Positions 11,183-28,954 of a stretch of DNA of 64,000 nucleotides are shown here, one piece after another. The stretch covers positions 51,650-115,649 of the forward strand of contig MU626313.1 of assembly GCA_025603075.1 (NCBI GenBank). Direction: 5' to 3'. The notes below the pieces were generated by a model, which did not search any database, was not told where the DNA came from, and saw only the letters and a program-made list of their open reading frames with translations. The position numbers were made by a program, and so were the translations under genes. The DNA comes from Neoconidiobolus thromboides FSU 785. Taxonomy: Eukaryota > Fungi > Entomophthoromycota. How positions within the stretch are numbered: position 1 is the first letter of the stretch; each line of letters opens with the position of its first letter.

Positions 11183-12523
11183 ATGGTGCAAAGTATTTTA
11201 GTTCAAGATCAAGAACCACCTCCATTAGTTGTAGTAGAAGGTTTTTTGGGCTCTAAAGACCGATGTTATTGGAACAACTTTCTAAAATGTCAATATAAAA
11301 TAAAAGGTAATCTTGTGAGAAGGGTTCTATTTGTAAGATTGGGCTCCTTATCTTCAGTACATGATAGATGCTGCGAATTATACTATCAACTTAAGGGCGG
11401 TACCGTTGATTTTGGTGAGGAGCATAGCTTACAAATGGGGCATAAAAGGTATGGAAGAACTTACCCAGGACTTTATCCAAAATGGTCTGATAAATATCCT
11501 TTGCATATACTCGGTCATTCTTTAGGTGGCTTAACATGTGTTCGTTTTCAGCGTATGCTAGCTGATTGCTATTTTGATACAGCCACGAGTGAAAATTGGA
11601 TTAAATCCGTCACTACTTTTTCTACTCCACATAGGGGCTCTACTTTACCGTATACAATTGGTGCTAGTGAAATAAACCCTATTGATGTCAATCCGTTCTC
11701 AGTTGGAGCTTTTCTTTACAGATTTGCATACATAATATCTTGGTTTGGGTTTCAAAATATTGACTTACAGCTAGATCATTGGGAATTATATAAATATCCA
11801 TTTTGGCAATTTTTGTATAACCTTATATTTAGATTTCAATTTGATAAAGGATTTGACAATGCCGCTTCTGATCTCACTTTAAGTTTTTGTGAAAATTATA
11901 ATCAAAAATATTCTAAAGAGTTCAAAAGCACTTATTATCGCTCATATTCCGCTTCCATGTCTTATAAAGTCAACCAATATTACTATCCCATTTTAAACTG
12001 GAGTAGACCATTTAGAACCATTTTATTTTCAATGATATTGGGTACTTATTCCTTTAAAGCAAAAGATAAAGTAGATGAAGAGTGGAGGGATAACGATGGG
12101 GTTATACCTGTGATATCTCAATATCACCCGAAATCATGTAAAGACCAAAATTGTATTCACTTAAAGTATAAAAAAGCCGAAAAAATCTTATACCAACCTT
12201 TGTTTAGTCAAATTCAACCTGGTATTTGGTATACAATTGAAATTGAAGATGCTTGTCATTTCAATGTCATTCGTTCTAAAAATAAAATATCCAAAGAACA
12301 TCAGGTGCTATTAATGGATATTTGGGTGTATTTAAATCAAATCGATACAAATACTAAGATACAAAAGGTTAAAAAGATACCAAAAGAGCTTAAGGTATCC
12401 TTTAGCGCTTTTAATAATATTCATTTATTGTCCCCTTTAAATTCTGGGCTAAGTCCTGCTTTCTACTCTCCTCTACTTTCACCACTTGTCAATCCTATTG
12501 TTTCGCCTATTTCTACATGCTAG
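11183..12523 (+). CDS. Alpha/beta-hydrolase lipase resembling bacterial family I.5/I.6 (Geobacillus/Staphylococcus-type); single exon
   Basis: DRCCELYYQLKGGTVDFGEEH..GHKRYGRTYPG, GHSLGG nucleophile elbow, TPHRGS, NDGVIP, candidate catalytic His in ACHF. Confidence 0.85.
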   Translation: MVQSILVQDQEPPPLVVVEGFLGSKDRCYWNNFLKCQYKIKGNLVRRVLFVRLGSLSSVHDRCCELYYQLKGGTVDFGEEHSLQMGHKRYGRTYPGLYPKWSDKYPLHILGHSLGGLTCVRFQRMLADCYFDTATSENWIKSVTTFSTPHRGSTLPYTIGASEINPIDVNPFSVGAFLYRFAYIISWFGFQNIDLQLDHWELYKYPFWQFLYNLIFRFQFDKGFDNAASDLTLSFCENYNQKYSKEFKSTYYRSYSASMSYKVNQYYYPILNWSRPFRTILFSMILGTYSFKAKDKVDEEWRDNDGVIPVISQYHPKSCKDQNCIHLKYKKAEKILYQPLFSQIQPGIWYTIEIEDACHFNVIRSKNKISKEHQVLLMDIWVYLNQIDTNTKIQKVKKIPKELKVSFSAFNNIHLLSPLNSGLSPAFYSPLLSPLVNPIVSPISTC

Positions 12524-12559
12524 CTTCATTTTTTGTTTTCGTTTTAGATTTTTAAATAA

Positions 12560-13330
12560 ATTGTATTTTTAAAGTTTATTGAGTTTCAAATAAGTTGTCA
12601 TACTGGTAACAATATATGTCAGATATTCTTTATAAGCGTCTTAAATTTAATGTTAAGTTACAACTTGAATATACTACTATTAAAGGTGAGTTTTGATGTT
12701 TTAAAAGCTCAGTATAAATAAAGTTTAAAACAATCATCATTGATAATGTTTATGATATTCAATTTAGACTATTTTTAGTTTAATATAAGGATCCAGAGCT
12801 TATAATTAAGCACTATTGTTCATATTTAAATTTTCAACTCTAAGAATTCTATTAATCCAAGTCCCCAATATTGGTATTATCCATTTAATGTTAAGTTCTG
12901 CTCAACTATACGGAGATGAGTTTTTGGTTTCATTACTTTTTCTATCTTTCAAGCGCTATTTGAGTGGAATAATTGCTAATAAAATTTTTAAAAAAATACA
13001 TCCAATATATTATATTTGATCTGATATTCTATTTACTGTCAAAAGAGCTTGAGATTGAAAATATCAAAACATTTTTATAATTGAATTAGAATATTAGAAT
13101 ATTTTTATTTTCTACTACTTGTAAACGCCTATAAGCTCATACGATAATTTTATACATTGAACCTTTAATTACAATACTTTCATAAATGTATTAATACTTT
13201 GAATAGCTTCAACTTCATTATAAATCCATTGTCTACAAAAGTCGGTATTAATTTATACTTAAATTATAATTCCAAAAACAATATTATAATATTAATCAAT
13301 TTAAAATGCTACTTTCTATTAACATGAGTT
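12560..13330 (-). pseudogene. Possible decayed F-box/LRR-family paralog interrupted by MITE copy 7
   Basis: Stop-riddled leucine-rich frames including a NIGDLD segment similar to YFGDLT/YLGDLG in the two intact paralogs; weak. Confidence 0.3.
12912..13004 (-). mobile_element. MITE copy 7
   Basis: GGAGATG...CATCCA, flanks ATAC/ATAT. Confidence 0.85.
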
Positions 13331-13380
13331 ATATTTATTTAACAAGAAACATATTTTAAACCTTGTCGAAACAAATGCTA

Positions 13381-14118
13381 TTAGTTTTTACTTTCGTTAG
13401 TATGATTATCCCCTTCATTTTCTTGAGATGTAGATTCTTCCATGACAAAATCTTCATACTGTGTCTTTTCCTTAAATGGCCTTTTGCCTAACAATTGTAC
13501 CATATCTGAACGATTCAATACTTCTTTTTCTAATAAAAGTTGTGCCACCTTTTCAATATCTGCCTTTTTATCTGTTAACAATTTAGTAGTACGATCATAG
13601 GCTTCTTGGATTAAGTTACGAGCTTCAATGTCCATAAGTTTAGCAGTATCCTCTGAGTAAGGTTTTTGGAATTGTTGACCATCATCCCCAGAGAAAGAAA
13701 TTTGGCCTACTCGAGGATTCATGCCAAAGGAGCTTATTTGAGAATACGCAAGCTTGGTAACTTTTTGTAAATCATCTTGAGCTCCAGTAGTGATAGTGTT
13801 AAAGAAAATTTGTTCAGAAACTCTTCCACCTAAAGTCATACACATCCTGTCGAAAAGTTGCTCTCTTGTAAAGAGATATTGATCTTTAGGTAAATATTGA
13901 GCATAACCTAAGGCTCCAGCTCCACGTGGAATAATAGAAACTTTGAGTAATGGATCGGCATGTTGTAAATACCATCCAGAAACAGCATGACCTGCTTCAT
14001 GGTAAGCAACAGTTTTCTTTTCTTCTGGTGACAAAACTTTAGTCTTCTTTTCTAAACCAGCTATAACACGCTCAATAGCTTGCTCAAAGTGAGTTTCTTC
14101 TACTTCGTCTTTCATATG

Positions 14119-14163
<45 letters not shown>

Positions 14164-15648
14164 AGCACCAGCGAAACCTGGAGTCAAGGCAGCCATTTTT
14201 TTAGCTATCGTTTCTTTGTTAAGACTGGTAACGATAGGACGAAGATGCACTTTAAAAATGGCGCTTCTTCCAATGATATCTGGTCTATCAATTGAAATAT
14301 GACGATCAAAACGACCCGGGCGCATAAGAGCTGAATCTAATACATCAGGTCTATTTGTACCTGCTAAAACTACAACGTGGGAATCAGTACCAAAACCATC
14401 CATTTCGACTAATAATTGATTAAGTGTAGTTTCTCTTTCATCATTACCACCGAAACCACTATTTTTACCAGCACGAGATTTACCAATGGCATCAATTTCA
14501 TCAACGAAAATAATACATGGTGCATTTTTTTTAGCTGTAGCAAATAAATCACGAACTCTTGAGGCACCAACACCAACGAACATTTCAACGAATTCAGATC
14601 CAGAAACACTGAGGAAGGGTACTCCGGCTTCACCAGCAGTAGCTTTAGCGAGTAAGGTTTTACCAGTTCCTGGGGGACCAGATAAGATAGCGCCTCTTGG
14701 AATTTTAGCGCCTAGTCTTTCATATGAACGTGGATCCTTTAAAAATTTAACAAACTCCATGATTTCTTCCTTGGCTTCATCCATACCAGCAACATCCTTA
14801 AATTTCATTTTAATATCTGTTTCTTGGTTAAAAAGCTTAGCTTTGGATTTTCCGATTCCAAAGATACCTCCCTTGGAGCCTGTCCCTGCACGACGAGTCA
14901 TCCATACAAGCAACCCTGCAATAAGTAAAGTTGGTGCAAGGTTCATAAATAATCCAAACATATTGACTTGATCTTTATAAATAACTGGGATAAATTGTTG
15001 TGGAGGTATTTCTAACTCTCTTTGAGCTTGCTCTAATTGACGTTCAAAGGCATCGATACTCCCAATATTAAACACAATTTGTTGTGAATTACCATTTGGA
15101 TCAGAGTGAAGTTTAACTTTGACCATTTTTTTATTAATTACTTGAAGACTATGAACAAGACCTTTTTCTAAGTAATTTGTGCGGAACTCTTGCCAACTAA
15201 CTTCATGAACATTTGAACCGGATTTCAAATATTCATAAGCAATTAATGAAGCAATTACCATCAAATAAGTACCTTGGGAACTACCAAATTGGTTATTGTT
15301 ATTTTCGTTTGGAGATCCCTTATTGTCTTTTTGATTGCTATTTTCATTCTCTGATTTTTTGGTTTGTTTAGAACCAAAAAATTGCTCAAATCCTCTTGGA
15401 AACTGTTTAAAAATTTCATCTTCCTCTAATTTATTTTCGTCCTTTTTATCTTCTTTTTTAACTTTTTCTTTTTCTTTGTCTTTTGAATCAGAGTATTGTC
15501 TTATGATGTGTTTATTCAATGGCTTGTACTTCATCATCTGGAGATTAGCCTTTGAATTCAAGTTGTTTAAGTTTTTGGATGCTCTCAATATAGAGCTTGA
15601 GTTTAATATAGGCCCAGCCTTGGTTCTTAAAAGTGAAGCCAAAACCAT
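13381..15648 (-). CDS. AFG3: Mitochondrial m-AAA protease subunit (Afg3/Yta12, FtsH family)
   Basis: Presequence-like N-terminus, two TM segments, Walker [13 protein letters not shown] Walker B, HEAGH zinc site; 755 aa intronless. Confidence 0.95.
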
Positions 15649-17661
15649 ATTAAAATACCTAATTGTTTAAAATCAATAAAAGTTGCTAATAAGCTGAAGA
15701 TATCATTTTATATTAATTATAAAAATTCTTACTTAGTCTAAAATTTAATATAATAAAAAATAATTTGTAATTTAATTCAAGCTTTATTTCATTTTTTACA
15801 ATAATTTTGAACAGAATCGAATAAAAATTATGGTTTTAGGAGATTTTTACAGAACTTACTAGACAATTACGTAGTAGTTGGTACAAATTTGTTTTAGGAC
15901 TAAGTATTCACTAAAAATCAAAATTGAATTATTCCATGTAGAAATAAAACATCATTAATAATCGAACGTTGTCTATAAATAATTAATATTCTTTATGTTA
16001 TTTTTTTCATACATTTTCAAAGACTTGATAAAAGTATCAATTATATTATATTAGATTTCTTCATTTTTGAAGCTTTGATTCTAATAAATCGTCTATTAGA
16101 AGATATTCTAAAGTACAACCACGACATAATAAACAATGAAATTGCAATTATATATTATCCTTGAAGATTTCTCAGCTTTCGATTATTTTAATAATTTATA
16201 TCTGATTTCAAGATTCCTTATATTACTTAGTCAAAACTACAACTAACAGACAACCATGTAAATTTCGCAAATAAGCTACTATAGGTCAATAGATGTTTAA
16301 GTATAAACAATAGTTTATATTAATTTCTATAACATCAAATCACTGGTGACTTCTTAACGACAATTTATTTTGAACATTATAGCTCTACTCCATATTTATA
16401 TCTTACTTAATTAAGTGTTAACTTCTTTTAACTAAATATGGGGTCTAATTTATTTCTCTTAAATTGTTCCTTTAAATTCTCGAAAAAAAGTTGTAAGTTG
16501 TAAGTTTAAAAATAAACAGTAGATTTAACTAATCTAAACATTCAGTCTTTTTTAAACAAATCAACTTTTTATATTTATAAAACGAAATTTACGTGTTTAG
16601 TGGACCATCGTGAACTTTCTGTAATCCTCGTGCTTAAAGGGAACGGGTATATAATCACATAAAGGTCATAACGCTATAATAATTAAATCTATTTCTTTAG
16701 CATTAGCTTAGAGTTATCATCTTGAGAGTAAGAACAGTGTTCAATATTGAGACATCTTCAACAGATTAAACAGATTACCTAATCGATGAATCAAAACATA
16801 TTTAAAAGTATTTAAGGTAAATAAAAAATCCTAGATACCTTTATTCTACTAGTGAGATAGAATAAAGATTTAATAATAATTAGTATTTGATATAGATAGT
16901 TAGAGACAAATTAAATGAAGTAATTTTACATAAGTAGATAAAAATTTCTAATATAAATCATCATCCTGATTTTCAGTTTTTTATAAAAAATACAATGAAA
17001 ATGTGCCCAATAAAATATAAAATAAAATAATACAATACAATAATACAATACAATACAATATTATAACATTTGTTGAAAAGACATTAAGTAACTTATCAAT
17101 AAGATCATAAATATAAACCACATTTAAAGGTTATTTTTATTTAATGAAGATATTATTAATTCTTGCTCAGTATTCAATTATTATAAAATTATAATAAAGC
17201 TAACTGGCTACTGTTTGAAACTTTTGAGTATTATGTTAAAAATAAAACTAACAATAAACGATACACCTTATATCATGAAAAAATAAAGTAAAATGCGAGA
17301 TTACTAAACTAGGCACTATAAGGTATATTTAACTGCTTAGAATCTTGATATTTTATTTATTTATTAAAGTAACAAAAGAATGGATGTAAATTTGTAAAAC
17401 TTTTTATTCCATATTTCATCCCTTATCCATGATACATTAAGATTGGTGTACAAAAAGGGTTATAACTTATAAGCTTGATTGTATTAGAAACTTTGTCTAA
17501 CTATCTTCATTTGAATGAGGGTACAAGAACTGATCCAATTCAATCAAAAGTGAGATAAAACATAGTTAATAAAAGTGTGTAAAGCAGTACTTCAAATTGG
17601 AAATATAAAAAGATAATAGAAACCCCTTTAAGAAAATAAAAAAGCATTTTTGAAGAGAACC

Positions 17662-18111
17662 ATGAAATTCATTACTTTAGTCTCTGCATCTTTTCTCTCC
17701 ATTATTGTTCAACAATGCTCTGGCGCTTACTACAACCAAGAGTTGTCTAATTACAAAGATTTTGTGGATCGGAAACTTAACAAAAATGAATATAACAAAA
17801 TTGTGAGTCCCAATACTGCAGCAAGCGGGAAACACTCTCAGCCAGAAGAAACTGGGAAGCTTAATGAACAAAAAGACATAGTATATAATGATAAATTCAT
17901 TCGTAGAGGTAGCGGAATTCCGTTCGGTGGCTATATTCCAGATGAGCTCCTTGAAGCTTATCCTGAATTAATTGAATATCTTAAAGAACAAGACGGAGCG
18001 TCATATAATGATAAATTGGTTCGAAGAGATAGTGGGATTCCGTATGTCGACTATTTTTCAGATAAATATTTTGAAACTCATCCAGAGGCGTTGACAAAGG
18101 TTCGGTCTTAG
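17662..18111 (+). CDS. Small secreted protein with two 40-aa repeats following RR dibasic sites (candidate Kex2-processed precursor)
   Basis: Signal peptide MKFITLVSASFLSIIVQQCSG; YNDKFIRR-GSGIPF and YNDKLVRR-DSGIPY are exactly 120 nt apart (17884, 18004). Confidence 0.7.
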   Translation: MKFITLVSASFLSIIVQQCSGAYYNQELSNYKDFVDRKLNKNEYNKIVSPNTAASGKHSQPEETGKLNEQKDIVYNDKFIRRGSGIPFGGYIPDELLEAYPELIEYLKEQDGASYNDKLVRRDSGIPYVDYFSDKYFETHPEALTKVRS

Positions 18112-18781
18112 ACAATTTCTGCTGATTCAAAATTTACATATTTAAGAGACTAATTTTTTGATAATAAAGTTATTGGCTTTTTTATTTAAATCAAGTCAGA
18201 AATTTAAAAATTATATGGTTAAATAACTATGGTAGCTTTTGTATTAGTAGTTTTATCATGTTTGATTATTTTTGTATTATTTAAAGCATTATTTGAAAAG
18301 CAACACATTATTTTTGTAAATAACTTATGGAACTTAAATAACATCGCCTATATTATTAAGCTTAATATGTTAAACAAAATTATCAAATATTTTAACAATT
18401 ATTAAATTGTTTTTTTCAATCTTGTAAATAATAAAAATGTAATTTGAATGTAGCAAAGCTTAATCCAAAATTTAATTCAAAATTTTCGTTTAGCATATTA
18501 ATACAGGCTGTTATTTTATAATTGTTTAACATGACTGTATTTCATACAAATAAAAGTTTGGTATCAATTATTTCGTGTCTCTCAAACAACAATAAGCACA
18601 AGCATACAATTTAAATACGTAGTATAGCTTAATTTTGAACTATACTACTGGCTAATCCAACTCTAAAAAGTATACATTAAATAATAATTACCTTAAAAAA
18701 CTTTACTAAATATATTAAAATAATTTTATTATTCTGAAAACGATTAAATTGGACCTAAAGCCTTTTTGGACCTTCTAGATA

Positions 18782-23604
<4,823 letters not shown>

Positions 23605-25309
23605 ATTATTCTTTTTATTCAAATACTAAGTGTATGATAGGTAATTATCTATTCGATTTAAACAAAACTATTTCATTGCTTGTTATCTTTTATAGCTTAT
23701 TTATTTAATTTTGGTGCGTAATCTAAGTTTAAAAACTATTGGCTATTTTCAAAATTGCGAAAACGATTAGTAATCGCTAATTGTAACTTAATCATAGTTT
23801 ACTAAATTTAGTAGTTATTACTCCTTATTTCTTCAAACTGATTTAATAGCATTAATATTTAATTCCGACTTCCTTACCACAGTTAATTGAATTATCGATT
23901 ATTCAAGGCTTCTCCACAAAGATTGCTATTTCATTTTTAGCCCACATTAGTCGATTTTAAAAGTATTAATACAGTTCAGAACTCTAAACATTCAATATTG
24001 TACAATATTATCTATCGAAAATAAAACTAATCCTATATCGCTAACTTTTATTAGCTTTAATAAGTCTAACTTTTTAATATTTGTTTAATTAGATTAAATA
24101 AATGATGTGTCAATTTATGTAGATGAAAAATTATCTTAATAAAATATAGGATAGTGGTAAACAATAGTTTATCTAGCATAAAAAATCCAGTAAGCTAATT
24201 TAAGTTTATTAGCTAATATTCCAAAATTTCATTATTCTACAAAAATTTAATGTCCCGAGGATTATTTCGGTACAACTTTTACACATGAATTTACTAGTAG
24301 ATTTGCTTTGGTACATTTTATGTTGCAAATTTCCCACACCTATTGTACCATTTACTCAATAAACTAACAAATAAAATTTACTAATTTCATTAATATAAGA
24401 GTTATAACTACTGCCATATAAAGCACTATTGCTTTATATATTTAAAGTTCCAATCAATTTATCCCATAAAATCATTATCACACAAAACATACTTCCCTTT
24501 TGTGAACAATATGTTGCTCTTTTGCGCCTAAATTTTTACTTTAACTAACTCACAGTCTCTTATTGTTTCATATATATACTACTATGTTTTATATACAGTA
24601 TTGTATATAGTATCTATATAAAACTTTTACTATTTTAATTAAATGTTGAATAGCATACAGGAATGTTTTCTATTAAATTTCCTGATCACGTCAAGCTTTA
24701 AATATAAAAAAACAGCTAAAACCTTAAGCAAATAAGGTATGTATTTATTGATTTATTGTTTAAAAAAAATTATATATATTTACAAGCGAAAGGGATGTAA
24801 TATAAAATATTTCAGTGTATTATCTTTTGTTTTAAAATTCTAAGTTACTACCAAAAGGCTTACATAATTATAGAAAAGCCAGTCCTAACCTATTTATATT
24901 ATAATAAATTTAAATCCTAAAATAAATTAAAAATCATAATAAATAATAGCTATAAAAGTTATAAAGACTTCTTATCTAATAGTTTATTTGATTATTTTTA
25001 TTTTTTAAAGCAAATAATATAATTAAAATTTATCTTTAATAACTTTTTTTACTAAAAACGTTTACGCCTATACTATTATTAAGTAAAAAAGTGTAGCTAA
25101 ATACTCAGTAATTTATCTATAATTAAAAATTAAATACGTTATAATAGTAATTATAGTTAAGATTTTACTTTGAATCTGTACTTTTAAATAGTAATAATAG
25201 TAACAAATTAGAAAAAGCTGATTGATCTAAATTTAATTCATAGCATATTAAACTTTTCAAAATTTATTCATAATATTAAAAGCTAACTCTTATATAAATT
25301 AAAATATAT

Positions 25310-25408
25310 GGGAGTGTTTTTTTTAACTTCATTATTTTTTCCATTTTTTAAGCGCTATTTAAGCGGAAAATTTGTTAGTAAAATTCTTAAACACAAAAAT
25401 ACATCCCC
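25310..25408 (-). mobile_element. MITE copy 8
   Basis: GGGAGTG...CATCCCC, ATAT/ATAT; shares an ATAT with copy 9. Confidence 0.92.
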
Positions 25409-25412
25409 ATAT

Positions 25413-25508
25413 GGTGATGTTTTTTTTGGCTTCACTTTTTTCATCTTTCAAGCACTATTTGAGTAGAAAAATTGTTAGTAAAATTCTTAAATACAAAAAT
25501 ACATCCCC
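25413..25508 (-). mobile_element. MITE copy 9
   Basis: GGTGATG...CATCCCC, ATAT/ATAT. Confidence 0.92.
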
Positions 25509-25592
25509 ATATAATATTTGCTTAATAACTTAACTACTATATTAAGATTCAGTAAAAAAAATAGTGACAATAAACACCTATCAAATAATTAT

Positions 25593-25687
25593 GAGAATGT
25601 ATTTTGTTTAAGAATTTTACTAACAATCTTTCCATCCAAATAGCGCTTAAAAAATAGAAAAATAACGGAATCAAAAAAAACATCCCC
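25593..25687 (+). mobile_element. MITE copy 10
   Basis: GAGAATG...CATCCCC, flanks TTAT/ATAT. Confidence 0.88.
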
Positions 25688-25699
25688 ATATATCAAATA

Positions 25700-27010
25700 A
25701 AAGCAAAAAAATGATATGATAAATATTTTGATAATTTAAGATAAAGCAGTAGCTAAGTTGATATTTTTAATATATACCAAGTAATTTTAAGAATACAGCA
25801 AGAATAATAGATTTGTATAATGTATGGGGATATATTTTTGTTTGATAACTTTATTAATGATTTTTCTGCTTAAATAGTACTTAAAAATAGATCAATTGAT
25901 GATACCAAAAAACATATACTCATATGTAGTGGGATGTTTAATTAATTTAATATCTAAAAAGCTTATAAAAATTAATATACAGGGAAATATAGGGAGCTGT
26001 TTTTAGTCTCAAAAGTTTTTATATTATGAATTTAAAAAAAAATAGTAATTTAAATACTAATCTTGATTTTCTTGTCAACCATTATAGAAAAAATATAGTT
26101 AATAGACATTTTGAGAATTTTTTATAATAGGAAAATAGTTCTGGATCATTAAGTAAATTTAAAAGTATTAATTAATCAATTTTAAAATTTGAGATTTTTA
26201 CTTAAAATGTAATAAAATTAATAACTCAATTACTAATAACAATAAAACGGATATAATTTTTAAAAAGTATAAAAAACAAAAATATATAAAAAACAACAAA
26301 AACACAAAGTATTAAAAAGTATTACATTTTATTAGACATAATGACAAATTACACTATTAACCAGTATATAATGAATTAAATAAGAGTGACATAATTCTAA
26401 TTAAAGTTACAGAGCCTATAGAAAATAGAGAAATTAAAAGATTAGCCTTAGTTTATTTTATAAAAATAACAGAAAGTTTAAAAGTTTCAATATTTACTAA
26501 GCAAATACGTAGTTCACTAAATGATAAAAACTAATTACTAAATATTAAGCTATTAATAACTTGAATAATATAAGTTAATAAATAATTAAAAAGCAAATAC
26601 CCATAATAATGAATAAAACCTATTTTTATATTGCTTGTATTATATAAGGATGGTTAATCGTAGTCTCGGGACTAGTCACTCCCTCCCATACAGCTATTTA
26701 TTAACTTAGTGATATATTAATAATGCAATTATAACATTAAAATAATTTATTTAATAGAAAATCTGCAATGTTAGCTACAGAGTAGTCAGTAATAAATACT
26801 TCTTAATAAAGTTTATAGGGATATGTATTTATCCACATACCACGATTTTGACTAATATCAATATATAAGTTATATTAGTAAAATTCTCGCTAATCTGGAG
26901 ATTTCTGTTAAACTTAATAGAAATCCTGGTAACTTATAATAAAATAGTTTAGAACTGTATTGAGTACTTGCTTTTTAATAAAAAAAATTATTTTATAGAA
27001 TTTTAAGCAA
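25700..27010 (+). mobile_element. Decayed Sola2-like DNA transposon, copy A (internally deleted, MITE-interrupted)
   Basis: Collinear nucleotide similarity with the reverse complement of ~62300-63897. Remnant frames IPSNFKNTARIIDLYNIC and LDFLVNHYRKNIVNRHF. Confidence 0.7.
25826..25921 (+). mobile_element. MITE copy 11 (inside transposon relic A)
   Basis: GGGGATA...TATACTC, flanks GTAT/ATAT; removal restores DLYNIC. Confidence 0.85.
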
Positions 27011-27039
27011 AGCTTATAAAATATATTTAAAAATTGGAT

Positions 27040-28626
27040 AAAAAATGAAACCAATTCGGATATCTGTATATGTTTTTAGTAGATGGAGAAACGTTCTCCA
27101 GTGCAAGGTAATGTATAAAACAATATCAACTAATTAATATTGAAAATTTACTAGAGAAAATTTCATTGTCAAAGAACAGTTAATCTATGTAATTTATATA
27201 AGCTAATGATTAATAGATTAGAAATCATTGCTCCTTCATTTTCAGAAAGAGTAATAGAAAGCATAAAAAACTAGGTTAAAAATAATGTGGATAGCCTTAT
27301 AAATAAAGTGGATACCCTTGCAGCTCAAAACCAGGAATTGATCTTGAACTTCACTTTCATTGCTTTGCCTTTATAAGCTATTTTGAAAATAGCCAATACT
27401 TATAATGATGTAGCTGTTAGGATATAATCGGAGACCCGACTTTTGAAAAATCATTTATCATGTTAGAAAATGGCAATTATCTAGTAGTAGGACAAACTCA
27501 AGACATATTTAAGGAGAGTCTACTGAGAAATTATCTCTTTATATAGTATATAGAATTATTTGTACCATTTCAGGTACTCGTATTCCAATTTATGAGACAT
27601 TATCAATTTAATGGCGCTAAAAACACACATGAGGTACCGCTTTTTAAATTGTTTCTCAATCTCATTTAACTGATGTTAGTTTGCTTATTAAGTAATAAGA
27701 GAAGCTAAAAATAATCATAATAAACCTACTATTTTAGATATCTCAATTGAAACAATGGATCCGGATACTGAAAAAAAATCGATCGAAAAAAATATAGCTG
27801 AAGAATCGATACTATAACTATGACTACAAATCGTTTATGTGTTCTCTATTGAAATTAATTCGTTATAGCTCCGCTAGAACAGATACCACCTCCGATTCAC
27901 TTACATGGTAATATGATATGATTGAAAGCTTCATAAGAACTGATTAACATAATAGGTTGTTTTATTTGCTATATAATTATCCAGAAATATATAAAAATGA
28001 TAAAGAAATGTTCATAATACTCTCAGATGATAACTCGATTACTTACACTAAATGTGAATCAGGGTTTCATTACCTTAATGCTGCAATCCATGAAAGTTTA
28101 AAAATTTTACCATTAGTTGGTGGCATCACGATAAGATATGTGTTCAAAGAAGGCATAGTCATTGATAAGTATTATATACCAGAGAGCTTGACTAGAACAG
28201 CAAGTAAAAACTCACAAGATATATCACTTCAGGTCACAGTTGGAGTAAACGTCAATGGCCTACATAACTTACCATCCCAATGGAAGAATCCGAGTCAATT
28301 TAATCCTCAAAGATGATTACTAAATGGAAATTTTAAAGCTGATTCCAACTTCCCACTGTTTATAATAAGACCCAGAGCTTGTGTTGGTAGGACGTAAGTA
28401 TTACTTAATGAAACAAGATGATTGTTTACTTTTGATAACTAGTTTAGCTTGGATAGAATTATATCTAGCTACTGCTAATTTGGTAAGAACTTTCACCTTC
28501 AAAAAAGATATTGGAAAGAATATTAAATGTAAATATTTTGTGACTGCTCAACTTGTTAAATTCATTAAAGTTTCTATTATTAGATTAGTAGTAATTACTA
28601 AATGTGGACAATCAAAATTTGGTTAA
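27040..28626 (+). pseudogene. Cytochrome P450 pseudogene
   Basis: Degenerate RTDTTS (I-helix), IHESLK (ExxR lost), FNPQR followed by an in-frame TGA, FIIRPRACVG (heme motif with Gly lost), LAWIELYLATANLV; many stops upstream. Confidence 0.75.
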
Positions 28627-28954
28627 ATATTTCAAATCATTCCTTTAAAAGATTTGTTTTGAATAAATACTAGCTTTAAGTATCAATTTTTAAAGGCGAT
28701 AATGGAATTTATTTTAAATATGATTTCTATTCGCTTTACCACTTTTGAATATATGGATTAAATAGTTTATTAGACTAATATACTAATTTAATCTATTATT
28801 TCAATATTACTTATTTACACTGTTCCTTTTAAAATATTAACTTATATTATTTTACAACATTGAAAAATATAACTTTTAACACAATTAAATGCAAGGATTA
28901 TTAGTTTTAGAAATAAAAATAGAAAATAAAATTATTAAATATTAAATCCGGGCT

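Noticed and set aside
12395-12403. GTATCCTTT, a possible second U12 donor in the lipase gene
   Set aside because: No TCCTTAAC-like branch site downstream, and the frame reads through to its stop.
14409-15670. Antisense or alternate-frame ORFs within AFG3, YCF1, GalE, the KH and F-box genes
   Set aside because: Shadow ORFs of real genes with no recognisable motifs.
25306-25925. Clustered ~100-bp repeats as a CRISPR-like or satellite array
   Set aside because: Mixed orientations, irregular spacing, TIRs and TSDs, and a eukaryotic context show these are independent MITE insertions.
25987-26020. ATATGGGAGCTG, an apparent extra MITE terminus
   Set aside because: Aligns with the SDxG region of transposase fossil B; no MITE body follows.
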